Assembly (NCBI GenBank): GCA_044374335.1
Contig: JBILOV010000001.1
Span: forward strand, 1 to 34,054
Reading direction: 5' to 3'
Length of the DNA stretch: 34,054 bases
Origin: Bacteroidia bacterium
GTDB taxonomy: Bacteria > Bacteroidota > Bacteroidia > B-17B0 > Aurantibacillaceae
Shown here: positions 8,915 to 17,388 of the stretch, piece by piece
Layout of the letters: every line of letters begins with the position of its first letter
Numbering within the stretch: the stretch's first letter is position 1
Position numbers and translations under genes: made by a program
The notes under the pieces: model-generated
The model's database searches: none
Told to the model about the DNA's origin: nothing
What the model saw: the letters and a program-made list of their open reading frames with translations, nothing else

Positions 8915-9991
8915 ATGAAAATGCCCGAATTAAGAAATAGAATCAATAAAGACGAACTAAAAGTACGTTTAGCTCAAGAAAAAATTGAGCGTGTTACATT
9001 CTCTTTTTACAAATATGTAAAAATTGAGAATCCAAAAGAATTACGTGATAATTTATTTATTCAATGGACCAATTTAAACTGCTTTGGTAGAATTTATGTA
9101 GCTCATGAGGGAATTAATGCTCAAATGAATTTACCAAAAAGTAATTGGGATGATTTTGTGTCGCAACTACATAGCGATGAGCGTTTTAACAACATTCCTT
9201 TTAAAATAGCAGTTGACGGAAATGGAAAGTCATTTTATAAACTTGTTATTAAAGTAAAAGAAAAAGTAGTTGCTGATGGTATTACCGATTCTAGTTTTGA
9301 TGCCTCTAATACAGGAACTTATTTAAATGCAGAAGGATTTAACAAAGCTATAGAAGATCCAAATACAATTGTAGTGGACATGCGCAATCATTACGAAAGT
9401 GAAGTAGGTCGTTTTGATAACGCATTTTGTCCTGATGCTGATACTTTTAGAGAAGAATTGCCTTTGGTAGTGGATCATTTAAAAGGACAAGAAGACAAAA
9501 AAGTAATTATGTATTGCACTGGTGGAATTCGCTGCGAAAAAGCAAGTGCATATTTAAAGCATAAAGGTTTTAAAGATGTAAATCACCTTCAGGGCGGCAT
9601 TATTCAATATGCTAAGGAAGTTAAAGAGCAAGGTATAGAAAGTAAATTTAGGGGGATTAATTTTGTGTTTGATGAGAGAATTGGTGAGCGCATCACAAAA
9701 GATATTTTATCTAATTGTCATCAATGCGGTAAACCAAGTGATACCCATGTTAATTGCAAAAATGACGATTGCCATTTGCTTTTTATACAATGTGATGAAT
9801 GTGCTGATAAAATGCAGGGGTGTTGTACTCCTAAGTGTAAGGAAATTGCAGCTTTACCAATTGAAATACAGAGAGAATTAAGAAAAGGACGTATTAAAAA
9901 CGGACCTGAATGTTTATCGGTTTACAAAAGTAGATTACGTCCTAATTTAGCAGAAATATTAAAAAATGATTTATCTTTAAATAAAATTTAA
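8915..9991 (+). CDS. trhO: Rhodanese-domain tRNA uridine(34) hydroxylase (UPF0176/YceA family)
   Basis: 358 aa with a rhodanese active-site loop (MYCTGGIRCEKA) and the family-typical Cys-rich C-terminal tail (CHQCGKPxxxHxNCxNxxCH...QCxxC). Confidence 0.85.
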   Translation: MKMPELRNRINKDELKVRLAQEKIERVTFSFYKYVKIENPKELRDNLFIQWTNLNCFGRIYVAHEGINAQMNLPKSNWDDFVSQLHSDERFNNIPFKIAVDGNGKSFYKLVIKVKEKVVADGITDSSFDASNTGTYLNAEGFNKAIEDPNTIVVDMRNHYESEVGRFDNAFCPDADTFREELPLVVDHLKGQEDKKVIMYCTGGIRCEKASAYLKHKGFKDVNHLQGGIIQYAKEVKEQGIESKFRGINFVFDERIGERITKDILSNCHQCGKPSDTHVNCKNDDCHLLFIQCDECADKMQGCCTPKCKEIAALPIEIQRELRKGRIKNGPECLSVYKSRLRPNLAEILKNDLSLNKI

Positions 9992-10001
9992 AACAACCAC
10001 T

Positions 10002-10553
10002 ATGAAAAAAATCATCTATTTTTTTATTATTACTGCAATTTTTACAGTTCATGTTTCTTGTAAAAAAGAAGAGGCAAATAAATTAACAGAGTTTGACATC
10101 AACTACTCAACCAATTTAACAATCCCATCAGTAAGCATTACAGTTGCTGCTTCTCCTACAACATCAGTAGAATTTACAACTCCAAATATTCCAACTCAAA
10201 ACTCTACAAAATTCAATGCCGAAGGGACTTCAAAAAGTTTAATAGACGAAATTAAAATGACAAAGTTTGATTTAACTGCATCTGGAACAGGAGCTAATTT
10301 AGATTTCCTAAAATCTGTAACAATATATATAAAAGCTGCAAATGTTGGTGAACAAATTATTGCATCAAAAACATTGATTCCAACTGGTATTACAGCACTT
10401 TCACTTGATTTACAAGACGTAAATATTAAAAATTATATTTTTGAAGATAATATTCAGTTTAGAGTATTAGCCATTTTTGATGCAACTGCTTCTGTTGACC
10501 AAACTCTTAAAATGGACGAAACAGTGCATGTTAAAGCCACATTAATTAAATAA
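10002..10553 (+). CDS. Hypothetical lipoprotein, predicted surface-exposed
   Basis: 183 aa. The signal peptide ends in the lipobox HVSC and is followed by KKEE, which fits the K-(D/E)2 lipoprotein export signal of Bacteroidetes. The gene sits 10 nt after trhO and 4 nt before hmgA. Confidence 0.65.
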   Translation: MKKIIYFFIITAIFTVHVSCKKEEANKLTEFDINYSTNLTIPSVSITVAASPTTSVEFTTPNIPTQNSTKFNAEGTSKSLIDEIKMTKFDLTASGTGANLDFLKSVTIYIKAANVGEQIIASKTLIPTGITALSLDLQDVNIKNYIFEDNIQFRVLAIFDATASVDQTLKMDETVHVKATLIK

Positions 10554-10557
10554 CTAT

Positions 10558-11715
10558 ATGCCAATTTATCACCACCTAGGAACTATTCCTCAAAAAAGAC
10601 ACACTGTTTTCAAATCTCCGAAAGGGAATTTTTATTATGAGCAATTATTTGGTACAGAAGGATTCAGCGGACACTCTTCTTTATCCTATCACATACACAG
10701 ACCAACACAAGTAAAAGAGATTTTAAAAAGTTATTCTGTTCAACCAAAAATTGCCATCGAAAAAAACATAAAATCGCTTTTATTAAAAGGATTTGATATA
10801 AAACCAACAGCCGATTTTTTAGAAAGTAGAAAAACAGTTTTATTAAACAGCGATTGTCATATTGGTTTAGCTGCACCAACCGAAAGTTTAACAAACTACT
10901 TTTATAAAAATGCAGATGCTGATGAACTTATTTTTATTCATAAAGGCAAAGGAAAATTAAGAACCTTTTTAGGTAATATTAATTTTGAATATGGTGATTA
11001 TTTAATTATTCCAAGAGGAATGATTTATCAAATTGAATTTGAATCTTCAGAAAATCGTTTATTTTACGTTGAATCATTTGCGCCATTTTATACGCCTAAA
11101 CGTTATAAAAGTTCATCCGGCCAATTGTTAGAACATTCGCCATTTTGTGAGCGTGATTTTAAATTACCAACAGAACTTGAAACTTTCGATGAAAAAGGTG
11201 ATTTCATTATCAAGATAAAAAAAGAAGGGATGATGCATGAAGTAATTTATGCAACGCATCCTTTTGATGTTGTTGGCTGGGATGGTTATAATTTTCCTTA
11301 CGGATTTAGTATTCATAATTTTGAACCAATTACAGGCAGAGTCCATCAACCGCCTCCAGTGCATCAAACATTTGAAACATCAACTTTTGTCGTTTGTTCA
11401 TTTGTTCCTCGTTTGTATGATTATCATCCACAAGCAGTACCTGCACCTTATAATCATAGTAACATTGATAGTGATGAAGTGTTGTATTATGTAGATGGTG
11501 ATTTTATGAGCCGAAATAATATTGAACAAGGTCACATTACGTTACATCCAAAAGGTATTCCTCACGGGCCTGCACCTGGAGCAATGGAAAGAAGTATTGG
11601 CGAAACAGTTACACAGGAACTAGCGGTGATGGTTGATACTTTTAGACCATTAATGGTTACAGAAGCTGCGATGGGAATTGATGATGGAAAATATTATAAA
11701 AGCTGGGTGGAATAA
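10558..11715 (+). CDS. hmgA: Homogentisate 1,2-dioxygenase
   Basis: 385 aa, matching the compact bacterial HmgA form (EQLFGTEGFSG, LHPKGIPHGP). It lies next to hppD, as in tyrosine catabolic clusters. Confidence 0.9.
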   Translation: MPIYHHLGTIPQKRHTVFKSPKGNFYYEQLFGTEGFSGHSSLSYHIHRPTQVKEILKSYSVQPKIAIEKNIKSLLLKGFDIKPTADFLESRKTVLLNSDCHIGLAAPTESLTNYFYKNADADELIFIHKGKGKLRTFLGNINFEYGDYLIIPRGMIYQIEFESSENRLFYVESFAPFYTPKRYKSSSGQLLEHSPFCERDFKLPTELETFDEKGDFIIKIKKEGMMHEVIYATHPFDVVGWDGYNFPYGFSIHNFEPITGRVHQPPPVHQTFETSTFVVCSFVPRLYDYHPQAVPAPYNHSNIDSDEVLYYVDGDFMSRNNIEQGHITLHPKGIPHGPAPGAMERSIGETVTQELAVMVDTFRPLMVTEAAMGIDDGKYYKSWVE

Positions 11716-11876
11716 TGGAATCAAAACTTTTAAAAAATAAATTAGAGCTACGTTCGATTTACATGGCGATGTGGACCAGTTAGCCAGACAATAAGTAACT
11801 TAATAAAAAAATTAAATAATATAAACTTAGTCAATTAACAAATTGTGGAATTGGCAAATTACCAAATTAAAACTAT

Positions 11877-13037
11877 ATGGCAAAAGAAATAAAAAACGTA
11901 GAATACGGATTAGAAAAAATATTTGAAGGAGCACAGGATTTCTTACCTTTATTAGGAACAGATTATGTTGAATTTTATGTGGGTAATGCAAAACAGTCGG
12001 CGCATTATTACAAAACCGCATTCGGATTTCAATCTTACGCTTACGCAGGATTAGAAACAGGATTAAAAGACAGAGTTTCTTATGTATTAAAACAAGATAA
12101 AATTCGTTTAGTGTTAACTACAGCTTTAACCAGTGATTCACCAATTGGCGAGCATGTAAAAAAGCATGGTGATGGTGTTAAAGTAATTGCTTTATGGGTA
12201 GAAGACGCTCGCAAATCATTTGAAGAAACCGTAAAACGCGGTGCAAAAGTTTACATGGAACCAGTTGTAGAAAAAGATGAACATGGTGAAGTAGTTCGTG
12301 CCGGTATTTATACTTACGGAGAAACGGTTCACATGTTTGTTGAACGTAAAAACTACAAAGGAGAATTTTTACCAGGGTTTAGAGAATGGAAAAGCGATTA
12401 CAATCCAGCGCCAGTAGGTCTAAAATTTATTGATCACATGGTTGGTAATGTAGGTTGGAATCAAATGAATGCTACTGTAAAATGGTACGAAGATGTAATG
12501 GGCTTTGTAAACTTTTTAACTTTTGACGACAAACAAATTACCACTGAATATTCAGCTTTAATGAGTAAAGTCATGAGTAACGGAAATGGTCGTATTAAAT
12601 TCCCAATTAACGAACCAGCTGAAGGAAAGAAAAAATCTCAGATTGAAGAATATATTGATTTTTATGAAGGTGCAGGTGTGCAGCATTTAGCTTTAGCAAC
12701 CGATGATATTATTAAAACGGTTGCTGATTTAAAAGCGCGTGGTGTTGAATTTTTACCACCACCACCTCAAGCCTATTATGATGATATTCCAAGAAGATTA
12801 GGTGTACACATGGATATTATGAAAGAAGATATTAAAGAACTGCAAAGATTATCTATTTTAGTGGATGCAGATGAAGAAGGTTACTTATTACAAATTTTTA
12901 CTAAGCCTGTTGAAGATCGTCCTACTTTATTTTACGAAGTAATTCAGCGTATGGGAGCAAAAGGTTTTGGGGCAGGTAACTTTAAGGCGTTGTTTGAATC
13001 TATAGAAAGAGAGCAAGCATTAAGAGGAACTTTGTAA
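11877..13037 (+). CDS. hppD: 4-hydroxyphenylpyruvate dioxygenase
   Basis: 386 aa with two VOC-fold modules and the C-terminal signature GAKGFGAGNFKALFESIEREQALRG. Confidence 0.95.
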   Translation: MAKEIKNVEYGLEKIFEGAQDFLPLLGTDYVEFYVGNAKQSAHYYKTAFGFQSYAYAGLETGLKDRVSYVLKQDKIRLVLTTALTSDSPIGEHVKKHGDGVKVIALWVEDARKSFEETVKRGAKVYMEPVVEKDEHGEVVRAGIYTYGETVHMFVERKNYKGEFLPGFREWKSDYNPAPVGLKFIDHMVGNVGWNQMNATVKWYEDVMGFVNFLTFDDKQITTEYSALMSKVMSNGNGRIKFPINEPAEGKKKSQIEEYIDFYEGAGVQHLALATDDIIKTVADLKARGVEFLPPPPQAYYDDIPRRLGVHMDIMKEDIKELQRLSILVDADEEGYLLQIFTKPVEDRPTLFYEVIQRMGAKGFGAGNFKALFESIEREQALRGTL

Positions 13038-13044
13038 TTAAAAA

Positions 13045-13087
13045 TAACCCTGCTAGAATTTAAATTTAAAGCAGGGTTATTTGTTTT
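13045..13087 (+). terminator. Rho-independent terminator of hppD
   Basis: The stem TAACCCTGC (13045-13053) pairs with GCAGGGTTA (13071-13079). It has a 17-nt loop and is followed by TTTGTTTT. Confidence 0.8.
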
Positions 13088-13162
13088 AAAAACCTTGTTT
13101 TAATAACAGTAACATGGGCGAAAAAATCTATCAGTAGTTTGTGAAAAAAATTATCCCAATTA

Positions 13163-13275
13163 TTTGGGCGAGTCCCACTCCGCCAGCTGGCGGCTCGGGT
13201 CAGGCTATCACTTCAATCTTTTATTACCTTCGCTAACGCTTGGCTTTAAAAGGATTTAGGTTCTATCCTTCACGC
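13163..13275. repeat. Composite GC-rich palindromic intergenic element (REP-like)
   Basis: The head is TTTGGGCGAGTCCC (13163-13176). A perfect 14-bp palindrome, CCGCCAGCTGGCGG, lies at 13180-13193 and is flanked by CCC/GGG. A second hairpin pairs AATCTTTT (13215-13222) with AAAAGGATT (13248-13256). The element is far more GC-rich than its surroundings. The core recurs at 22297-22310 and the head at 26991-27004. Confidence 0.55.
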
Positions 13276-13341
13276 AGTTTTCATTTGAGGTAAGTTATTT
13301 TTAGCCACTTTTGGTGTTATCAACAACAAGGGCAAAATTAA

Positions 13342-13547
13342 CTAAACTACATCATTATTAAACTGCTTAGCTAGCTTAGTTCTTAATCTTTCTTCGGGAG
13401 TTTGAATCTCATAAATAAATTTACTGGTTTCTTCAATCCACATTAAAAATTCTTCTACACTTTTTTCTGATGAGCTGCTATTTGCTCATCTGTAATCGTA
13501 TAGTGAAAACCGATATTGGCATTTTCCAATTTTGGTTTAGTTGCCAT
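13342..13547 (-). pseudogene. Small conserved-looking ORF split by a 1-nt frameshift in an A6 run
   Basis: The frame from ATG 13547 reads MATKPKLENANIGFHYTITDEQIAAHQKKV and stops at 13455-13457. The adjacent frame continues SVEEFLMWIEETSKFIYEIQTPEERLRTKLAKQFNNDVV to a stop at 13342-13344. One extra A in the run at 13461-13466 would fuse them into a 68-aa product. Confidence 0.5.
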
Positions 13548-13680
13548 TTTTTATAAGTTTAGAAAGTAATATAATGTCGTTTTGATCTTGTATACGATTT
13601 GCATATTTTTTCGATTCAATCTCCATATTCTAAATTAATTAATAAATCGCTATTGAACAAATATTCGATTTTCAAAAAAA

Positions 13681-15510
13681 TTAATTCAACTCAAATTGCA
13701 ACTTACTAAGTTTCTGATATAACCCAGAATCGTTTGTCATCAACTCCTGATGCGTTCCTGATTCTATAACTTCACCTTTTTGTAAGACAATTATTTTATC
13801 GGCATTACGAATGGTTGATAAACGATGTGCAATAACGATTGAGGTTCTGCCTACCATTAATTTATCTAACGCTTCTTGAACTAAGCGTTCGCTTTCGCTA
13901 TCTAAACTACTGGTTGCTTCATCCAAAATTAAAATCGAAGGATTTTTCAAAACAGCTCTTGCTATTGCAACACGCTGACGTTGTCCGCCAGACAATTGAA
14001 TACCTCTATCTCCTACTAAAGTTTCAAACTTATCGGGGAAACTCATAATAAAATCGTAAGCATTAGCTTGTTTAGCAGCCTCAATCACTTCTGCTTCTGT
14101 GGCATTTGGTTTGCCGTATAAAATATTATCTCTGATGGTGCCACCAAATAACAAAACATCCTGAGGTACAATTGCCATTTGATCTCTCAATTCGGTTAAC
14201 TCATAATCTGTTGATTTTTTTCCGTCAATAGTATACTCTCCTCCATTAGGCTCATAAAAGCGCAAGGTTAAAGAAGCTAAGGTTGATTTACCGCTTCCGC
14301 TGCTGCCAACTAAAGCAATAGTTTCTCCGGCTTTTGCACTAAACGAAATATCTTTTAATACAACAAAATCGGGACGTGTTGGATATGTAAATTGAATATT
14401 TTTAAATTCTAAATCACCTTTTACTCTTGTTAAATTTAAGTTGTTTCGGTGTGCTAAATTAATTTCTTCATTTCTATCATCAATAATTTCAAATACTCTG
14501 TCTGTTGCACCTAAAGCACGTTGTATAGATGCTAACTGTTCGGGTAAACCGCCTAAGGAACCAGCCACAAACAAAGACAGCATCATAAACTTGCCAAAGT
14601 TTTCAGTTGTTAATTCGCCAGTATTAATTAATAGCAACATTTTATACAAAATAAAAAAGATAGCGCCAAATACACACATGATGATAAATGCAAAAAATGC
14701 CCCCCTCATCACACCATATTTTATTCCAAATTTTTTAATTTCATTAGTTACTTTATCGTATTTATTAATCTCTAGGTGTTCGTTAGTAAATGCTTTTACA
14801 CTTGTTATCCCTGTTAAAGCCTCTGATACAATAATACTAGATTCGGCAATTTTATCTTGCAATGCTTTTGAATAGCCACGTATTTTTCTTCCGTATAAAA
14901 TAGCTACAACGGTAATTGGAGGAATAATAACAATAAACCATTTGGCTACGTCCCATGATGTAAAATAAACCAATAAACACAGTCCGCCAATACCAACAAT
15001 CGTTTGCCTTATAACTTCGGCTATACTTACAGTAAATGCTTCTGAAATAACATTAATATCGGTTGCAACTCGGCTACTTAAATCCGCTACCTGATTTTTA
15101 GAGAAAAAACTCATTGGCATTTGTACCAACTTGTTAAATGTATCCGTTCTTAAGCCTCTTAAAATATTTTCTGTAACAATTGAAAATGTATAAACTCTTC
15201 CAAATGAAACAACTCCCTGAATTACTAATAAAATTAAAAGTTCAATTCCGGTACCAGATACCATGTTTCTAAAAGCAGAAGTATTCATTCCAGTATTACC
15301 TAAATACCCAAACATTTTACCGGCAGCCACAGGAAAATATAGTCCAACAGCAGCTGTGCCAGCAATAAAAAACATTCCTAAACTAAATAACCACTTACTT
15401 TTGCCTAAATAGTTGAATAAACGAAATGACTTTTTAAAATTTGCTTTAGAAAGTTTTGCTTTAGGAATATCGTCTTTTGATTTATGTTTACCACCGTTAG
15501 CTTTTGCCAT
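13681..15510 (-). CDS. ABC exporter, fused permease/ATPase (MsbA-like half transporter)
   Basis: 609 aa with an N-terminal multi-helix transmembrane domain. It carries Walker A (GSSGSGKST), the signature motif (LSGGQRQR), Walker B (ILILDEATS) and an H-loop (IAHRLST). Confidence 0.93.
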   Translation of the reverse strand: MAKANGGKHKSKDDIPKAKLSKANFKKSFRLFNYLGKSKWLFSLGMFFIAGTAAVGLYFPVAAGKMFGYLGNTGMNTSAFRNMVSGTGIELLILLVIQGVVSFGRVYTFSIVTENILRGLRTDTFNKLVQMPMSFFSKNQVADLSSRVATDINVISEAFTVSIAEVIRQTIVGIGGLCLLVYFTSWDVAKWFIVIIPPITVVAILYGRKIRGYSKALQDKIAESSIIVSEALTGITSVKAFTNEHLEINKYDKVTNEIKKFGIKYGVMRGAFFAFIIMCVFGAIFFILYKMLLLINTGELTTENFGKFMMLSLFVAGSLGGLPEQLASIQRALGATDRVFEIIDDRNEEINLAHRNNLNLTRVKGDLEFKNIQFTYPTRPDFVVLKDISFSAKAGETIALVGSSGSGKSTLASLTLRFYEPNGGEYTIDGKKSTDYELTELRDQMAIVPQDVLLFGGTIRDNILYGKPNATEAEVIEAAKQANAYDFIMSFPDKFETLVGDRGIQLSGGQRQRVAIARAVLKNPSILILDEATSSLDSESERLVQEALDKLMVGRTSIVIAHRLSTIRNADKIIVLQKGEVIESGTHQELMTNDSGLYQKLSKLQFELN

Positions 15511-15529
15511 TTTGCTGAAATTTAGGTTG

Positions 15530-15537
15530 CAAATGTA
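15530..15537 (-). promoter_or_regulatory. Candidate -7 box (TACATTTG) for the ABC exporter
   Basis: The minus strand reads TACATTTG (TAnnTTTG), 20 nt upstream of the ATG at 15510. There is no clean -33 TTG. Confidence 0.4.
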
Positions 15538-15598
15538 CAGTTTTAAGGCGGCTATAATTTAAAATAATAGCTATTTAAGCGTTAAAATTCTTAAAAAA

Positions 15599-15629
15599 TT
15601 TGTCACATAATAAAAATCCATTATATTTG
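15599..15629 (+). promoter_or_regulatory. Bacteroidetes sigma-A promoter of rpmH (TTTG-N19-TATATTTG)
   Basis: TTTG lies at 15599-15602, followed by a 19-nt spacer and TATATTTG at 15622-15629. This is an exact fit to the -33 TTG and -7 TAnnTTTG consensus, 45 nt upstream of the rpmH ATG. Confidence 0.6.
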
Positions 15630-15673
15630 CAGTCCAATTTTGAAAAACTTATAACATTTAAATACTTAATACC

Positions 15674-15829
15674 ATGAAACGTACTTTCCAACCATCGCAG
15701 CGTAAAAGAAGAAATAAACACGGATTTCGTGAGCGTATGGCTTCTGCAAATGGCCGTAGAGTTTTAGCTTCGCGCAGATCTAAAGGTCGTAAAAAATTAA
15801 CTGTATCTAGCGAAAAAACGCATAAATAA
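15674..15829 (+). CDS. rpmH: 50S ribosomal protein L34
   Basis: Too short for the ORF track. Hand translation gives [51 protein letters not shown], the canonical L34 sequence. Confidence 0.95.
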   Translation: MKRTFQPSQRKRRNKHGFRERMASANGRRVLASRRSKGRKKLTVSSEKTHK

Positions 15830-15864
15830 TAATTTCTAAAGCAATTTAGTACATTTATTAATAA

Positions 15865-15894
15865 AGCTGCCTGTAAAAACGGGTGGCTTTTTTG
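15865..15894 (+). terminator. Probable rho-independent terminator of rpmH
   Basis: AGCTGCC (15865-15871) pairs with GGTGGCT (15882-15888). That gives 7 pairs, two of them G-U, around a 10-nt loop, and the stem runs into TTTTTT. Confidence 0.55.
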
Positions 15895-16076
15895 TTATAT
15901 TTACTAGCCTAAAATTTTTCAATTCTATTAAAATTATACCTATGGTTTTAATTTTAAAGAATGATTACTATCATACAGTATAACATATAAAAATACTGAA
16001 AATGAGTTGTATGTGAAAATTATTGAGTTAAAATAGTAACAATTTATAATTAAAGATTTGTTGATTAAAAAAACAC

Positions 16077-17177
16077 ATGTCTAAAATTCTGATCTTAGCA
16101 GCCCACCGTTTAAACCGCTCTCCAAGCCAAAGATATCGTTTTGAACAATATTTGGATTTTTTTAAAACCAATGGTTTTGAATGGCAGTTATCGGAAATCA
16201 TTTCAGAAAAAGATGACGCCATTTTTTATCATCCGGGAAATTATATTAAAAAAGCATTTATTCTTTTTAAATCCATTTTTATCAGACTAAATGATTTAAG
16301 GCGAGCCAAACAATTTGATATTATTTTTATTCAAAGAGAGGCTTTAATGTTGGGCTCTTCATTTTTTGAAAAACAATTTTATAAACGGAACAAAGTTATT
16401 TTTGATTTTGATGATAGTATTTGGTTATTAGATACATCGCCAGAAAATAAAAAATTTGAATTTTTAAAAAATCCTGGCAAAACAAAAATCAATATTACCA
16501 ATGCTCATAAAGTCATTGCTGGAAACCCTTATTTAGCAAATTACGCTAAACAGTTCAATAAAAATGTAGTTATTATCCCAACTACAATTGACACTGATTT
16601 TCATAAACCCATTCCGGAATTAAGAAACTTAGACACCCTTCTGTCTGAAAAAAAAATAGTTATTGGTTGGAGTGGAAGTATCAGTACTATTAAGCATTTT
16701 GAAAGTTCAATCCCTTTTTTAAAAACACTACTATCCAAGTACCCCGATAAACTAGAAATTCATGTTATAGGACAAGCCTCATACACGAACTCCGAAATAA
16801 AGGTTATTAGTAAATCATGGAGTTCAGCAACTGAAGTTGTCGATTTAAATTGTTTTGACATTGGAATCATGATGTTACCTGATGATACATGGGCTCAGGG
16901 GAAATGTGGGCTAAAAGGATTATCCTATATGGCTTGCGGAGTAGCAACGGTTATGTCGCCGGTTGGGGTTAATAAAGAAATTATTCAACATGGTATTAAT
17001 GGTTTTTTAGCTACAACTGAGCAAGAATGGGAAGATTGCCTATCTAAACTTATTGAAAGCTCAGAATTACGCCAACAAATAGGAGATGCCGGGAGAGCGA
17101 CAATACTTAAAAACTATTCGGTAAATGCTAATCAGCACTACTATTTAGAGGTTTTGAATTCTCTTATAAAATCGTAA
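16077..17177 (+). CDS. Glycosyltransferase, GT-B fold (family 4/group 1-like)
   Basis: 366 aa. The C-terminal half has the GT1/GT4-type nucleotide-sugar-binding pattern (GLKGLSYMACGVATVMSPVGVNKEIIQHGINGFLA). Confidence 0.8.
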   Translation: MSKILILAAHRLNRSPSQRYRFEQYLDFFKTNGFEWQLSEIISEKDDAIFYHPGNYIKKAFILFKSIFIRLNDLRRAKQFDIIFIQREALMLGSSFFEKQFYKRNKVIFDFDDSIWLLDTSPENKKFEFLKNPGKTKINITNAHKVIAGNPYLANYAKQFNKNVVIIPTTIDTDFHKPIPELRNLDTLLSEKKIVIGWSGSISTIKHFESSIPFLKTLLSKYPDKLEIHVIGQASYTNSEIKVISKSWSSATEVVDLNCFDIGIMMLPDDTWAQGKCGLKGLSYMACGVATVMSPVGVNKEIIQHGINGFLATTEQEWEDCLSKLIESSELRQQIGDAGRATILKNYSVNANQHYYLEVLNSLIKS

Positions 17178-17388
17178 ATTTGATACATGTATTCCGAAGC
17201 AAAAAAAGATATAATACTTAACGAAATAGATGTAAAACGATATAAGGATTTTATTCGTTTAGTAAGAATCTCTAAAATGTTATCTAAGGCTAAAATCATT
17301 TCTCACATAAATCAAAAATAAGGATGTATATTTTAGATGATAATACAACATATTCATTTCATTCATTACAAATCAATTAACAAACACT

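Noticed and set aside
11715-11783. A 22-codon ORF (MESKLLKNKLELRSIYMAMWTS) overlapping the hmgA stop as TAATG
   Set aside because: It is too short and featureless to support. The overlap motif alone is not evidence, and it needs comparative or ribosome-profiling data.
14441-14875. A 144-aa plus-strand ORF antisense to the ABC exporter gene
   Set aside because: It lies entirely within a well-supported gene on the other strand. Its Ser/Ile/Asn/Leu-rich, low-complexity translation is typical of shadow frames in AT-rich genomes, and it has no start context or motif.
15511-16076. Replication origin next to rpmH
   Set aside because: rpmH often neighbours oriC/dnaA, but I found no cluster of TTATCCACA-like DnaA boxes here or elsewhere in the window. 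Neither dnaA nor rnpA is present.
16648-16656. An A9 homopolymer inside the glycosyltransferase CDS as a phase-variation switch. A similar A9 lies on the coding strand at 4178-4186, and an A8 at 32703-32710.
   Set aside because: These runs are simply Lys-Lys(-Asn/Ile) codons in an AT-rich genome. All frames are intact and there is no evidence of length heterogeneity in a single sequence.
17178-17388. Possible glycine riboswitch upstream of gcvT
   Set aside because: The spacer is AT-rich and lacks the conserved GGAGAG...ACCGAAGGGGCAA-type cores of glycine aptamers.
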